Assembly (NCBI GenBank): GCA_963575745.1
Contig: CAUYUJ010000002.1
Coordinates: forward strand, 62,001 to 126,000
DNA: 64,000 bases
Direction: 5' to 3'
DNA from: Prorocentrum cordatum
Taxonomy: Eukaryota
Every line of letters starts with the position of its first letter. Position 1 is the first letter of the stretch. The position numbers were made by a program, and so were the translations under genes. Below are positions 61,318-64,000 of this stretch, piece by piece. The notes beneath the pieces were generated by a model. That model was not told where the DNA came from, ran no database searches, and saw only the letters and a list, made by a program, of their open reading frames with translations.

Positions 61318-62511
61318 CTAGGGCAGACCTGTGGACTCCGTCCACGACATCAGCTCGACGAAGCGAGGGGTCTCTGACCACGATGGCCAGTTGAAGGCGC
61401 TCTCCACACCCTCCAGGACCTCCTGCTCTCCTGTGTTCCTCAGCTGCTGCTGCTGCTCGGAGGTCCTGCTGCTTCCTCCCCCTCCTCCTCCTCCTCCTCC
61501 TCCGCCTCCTCCTCCTCCTCCTCCTCCTCTTCCACCTTCTTCTCCTCTTTCGCTGGATTCTCCATGCCCTCGGTCGGCAATCGTCGATCCTACGACGACT
61601 CTCCCCAACAGAGAAACATCGAAGGCCCTCGGAGCGTCCAACATTGTTCTTTTGTGCCTTCGATATGCCGGTCGCCTCTCGTCCGCTCCCCCCCTCCTGG
61701 AAGCAATTCTGAGGCCACGTAGGGCTTGGTGGGAGCTGTTTGGGGATCTCTTGGGGCGTTTTTGCATGCGACATGCCTGTCGCCTCTCGTCCGCTCCCCT
61801 GCTCCTGGAGGGAATTCTGAAGCCACTGAAGGCTTCGTGGGGGCCGTTTTGGAGCCTCTTCGGCCTTCTTTTGGACCTCCCGGGGGGGCTCTTAGGGCCC
61901 TCTCGGGCCGTCTTGGGTGCCTCTTGGGCCGTCTTGGGGCCGTCTGAGACCCGCCTCGGCGCCTCTTGGGCTGTCTTGGGCCGTCTTGGGCCGCTCCTGG
62001 GGCCGTCTTGGGTGCCTCTTGGGCCGTCTTGGGCGCCTCCTGGGCCGTCCTGGGGCCGTCCTGGGGCGTCTTGGGACCGTCTGGGGGCCCTCCTGGCCCG
62101 TCTTGGGGCTCTCTTGGGGTCCTCTTCGGCCGTCTTGGAGCGGTCGGGGGGACTTCTTGGGCCGTCTTGGAGCGTCGGGAAGCCGAAGAGGCGAGGAGGC
62201 CGAAAACATCGAAAAACACAATAGAAATCGACGATTTCTGTCGCTCGGGGCCCTCTTGGGAGGCCTCTTGGGAGGCCTCTTCGGGCGTCTTGGACGCCTC
62301 TTGGGCCGCCTGGGGCGAATCTCGGGCGTCTTGGGCCCATCTTTAAGCGTGCCGGGGCTCTCCGGGGCCGTCTTGGGGGCTTCTGGGGGCCCTCCCGACA
62401 TGTCCTGGAGCCTGCCTGGGCGGCCCGGGGCGGGGGCCAGCCCGGGGCGGTTTTGGTGCATTGGGGCCTGCGCCATTCTGGCACGCACTGGGCCCTGCAA
62501 TGTAGTAGAGA
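61318..62511 (-). mobile_element. Complete 1194-nt non-autonomous Helitron-like unit, near-identical to its neighbour over about 850 nt
   Basis: Same TCTCTACTAC start and same hairpin plus CTAG end. It is followed by a 105-nt PPR unit. Confidence 0.82.
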
Positions 62512-63476
62512 CTAGGGCAGACCTGTGGACTCCGTCCACGACATCAGCTCGACGTGGCGAGGGGTCTCTGGGCAAGCGCGGGGGGGTGCGGCTGCAGGGC
62601 CGAAAGGCAATCATGATGCCTTCGATATGCCGGTCGCCTCTCGTCCGCTCCCCCCCTCCTGGAAGCAATTCTGAACCACTTAGGGCTTCGTGGGGGCCGT
62701 TTGGAGATCTCTTGGGGCGTTTTTGCCTGCGATATGCCTGTCGCCTCTCGTCCGCTCCCCCGCTCCTGGAGGGAATTCTGAAGCCACTGAAGGCTTCGTG
62801 GGGGCCGTTTCGGAGCCTCTTCGGCCTTCTTTTGGGCCTCCCGGGGGGGCTCTTAGGGCCCTCTCGGGCCGTCTTGGGTGCCTCTTGGGCCGTCTTGGGG
62901 CCGTCTGAGGCCCGCCTCGGCGCCTCTTGGGCTGTCTTGGGCCGTCTTGGGCCGCTCCTGGGGCCGTCTTGGGTGCCTCTTGGGCCGTCTTGGGCGCCTC
63001 CTGGGCCGTCCTGGGGCCGTGCTGGTGCGTCTTGGGACCGTCTTGGGGCCCTCCTGGCCCGTCTTGGGGCTCTCTTGGGGTCCTCTTCGGCCGTCTTGGA
63101 GCGGTCGGGGGGACTTCTTGGGCCGTCTTGGAGCGTCGGGAAGCCGAAGAGGCGAGGAGGCCGAAAACATCGAAAAACACAACAGAAATCGACGATTTCT
63201 GTCGCTCGGGGCCCTCTTGGGAGGCCTCTTGGGAGGCCTCTTCGGGCGTCTTGGACGCCTCTTGGGCCGTCTGGGGCGAATCTCGGGCGTCTTGGGCCCA
63301 TCTTTAAGCGTGCCGGGGCTCTCCGGGGCCGTCTTGGGGGCTTCGGGGGGCCCTCTCGACATGTCCTGGAGCCTGCCTGGGCGGCCTGGGGCGGCCCGGG
63401 GCCAGCCCGGGGCGGTTTCGGTGCATTGGGGCCTGCGCCCTTCTGGCACGCACTGGGCCCTGCAATGTAGTAGAGA
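62512..63476 (-). mobile_element. Complete 965-nt non-autonomous Helitron-like unit
   Basis: Starts TCTCTACTACATTGC at 63476 and ends GTGGAC-GGA-GTCCAC-AGGTCTGCC-CTAG at 62512. Confidence 0.82.
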
Positions 63477-64000
63477 CTAGGGCTGACCCGTGGACTCCGT
63501 CCACGACATCTTTCTGGAATGGTTCTCGGAGGAACGGCGCAGATTGTATCGAAAATCTACAAACACGGCGGCGGCTCGGGCGGCGGCAGCGAGACCGCGC
63601 CTTCGTGTCCGAGCTCTTGCAGCGCTGCAGCAGCTTGGCCCAGCGCACTGCTCGTTCACCCCCCTCCTATTGAGGACAGTTTCGAAGTCTCTCGGGGATG
63701 TGCGTCGAAGTCGAAGCCCATCTGAGGCGTCTCAGGAGCGCTCGGGGAAGGGCTCGCCATCGGGGAAAGCCACCGAAAGCGCCGGGGAGGCTCGCAAGGA
63801 TCTACAGGGAGGGCCCAAGAGAGCTTCAAGAAAATTTGAAATACAGTGAACTCTTAAGAGAAACCGCTGTTGGGTCGGCCATCACCTCCGGGCGCGCCTT
63901 GATGGTGCGATCCAGTCGCATCACCGCCAACGGGAGGGTTTGTTCGCCATGTCCCATTCTGTTCGCCCAGAGGGTCAGTGGAGGCCTTCGGGCGAACAGA

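Larger units (their letters stand above)
45227..64000 (-). mobile_element. Tandem array of non-autonomous Helitron-like elements interleaved with PPR repeats
   Basis: About 12 junctions of the form GC-rich hairpin, 7-9 nt, CTRG|TC (two variant) on the minus strand: 47537, 48690, ~49206, 53297, 54002, 55577, 56729, 58121, 59396, 61318, 62512, 63477. Interiors are rich in TCTTGGG(G)CCG 10/11-mers. No Rep/helicase ORF. The left boundary at 45227 (CTAG|T) is tentative. Confidence 0.8.

Noticed and set aside
61318..63480. 388-517 aa ORFs on both strands
   Set aside because: They arise from stop-poor TCTTGGGCCG minisatellites inside the Helitron-like units and show no domain motifs.
47245..63510. 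CRISPR-like array or intact multi-exon PPR gene
   Set aside because: Spacers are 1-4 kb and homologous to each other, with no cas genes. Spacers start with TC rather than a GT/GC/GA donor, and several PPR units carry stops or frameshifts.

Overview
GC-rich, repeat-dense eukaryotic genomic DNA. GC and GA intron donors, AG|G acceptors, relic spliced-leader motifs and long (GGA/TCC)n tracts point to a dinoflagellate (inference). Most ORFs in the supplied track come from microsatellites and are not genes. Supported content: (1) A minus-strand Aurora-like Ser/Thr kinase gene, assembled by hand from nine micro-exons (557 coding nt over 11851-41454). Its last kinase subdomains are not in the window. 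(2) At about 0.8-6.6 kb, a gene-dense lower-GC block: a GYD-repeat protein, a candidate nucleic-acid-binding protein, and a spliced ParB-like/SET-like protein. It ends in a hairpin cluster where a DIRS-like retroelement (6591-9393) is cut off. (3) Two decayed LINE-like retroelements and several MITE/foldback families, mostly in the kinase introns. (4) From about 45.2 kb to the end, a head-to-tail array of non-autonomous Helitron-like elements (5' TC..., 3' hairpin plus CTRG). They sit repeatedly at the same A|T dinucleotide of a 105-nt pentatricopeptide (PPR) repeat, and their own 5' ends resemble that PPR target. This candidate PPR-targeting rolling-circle transposon system is the most interesting signal.
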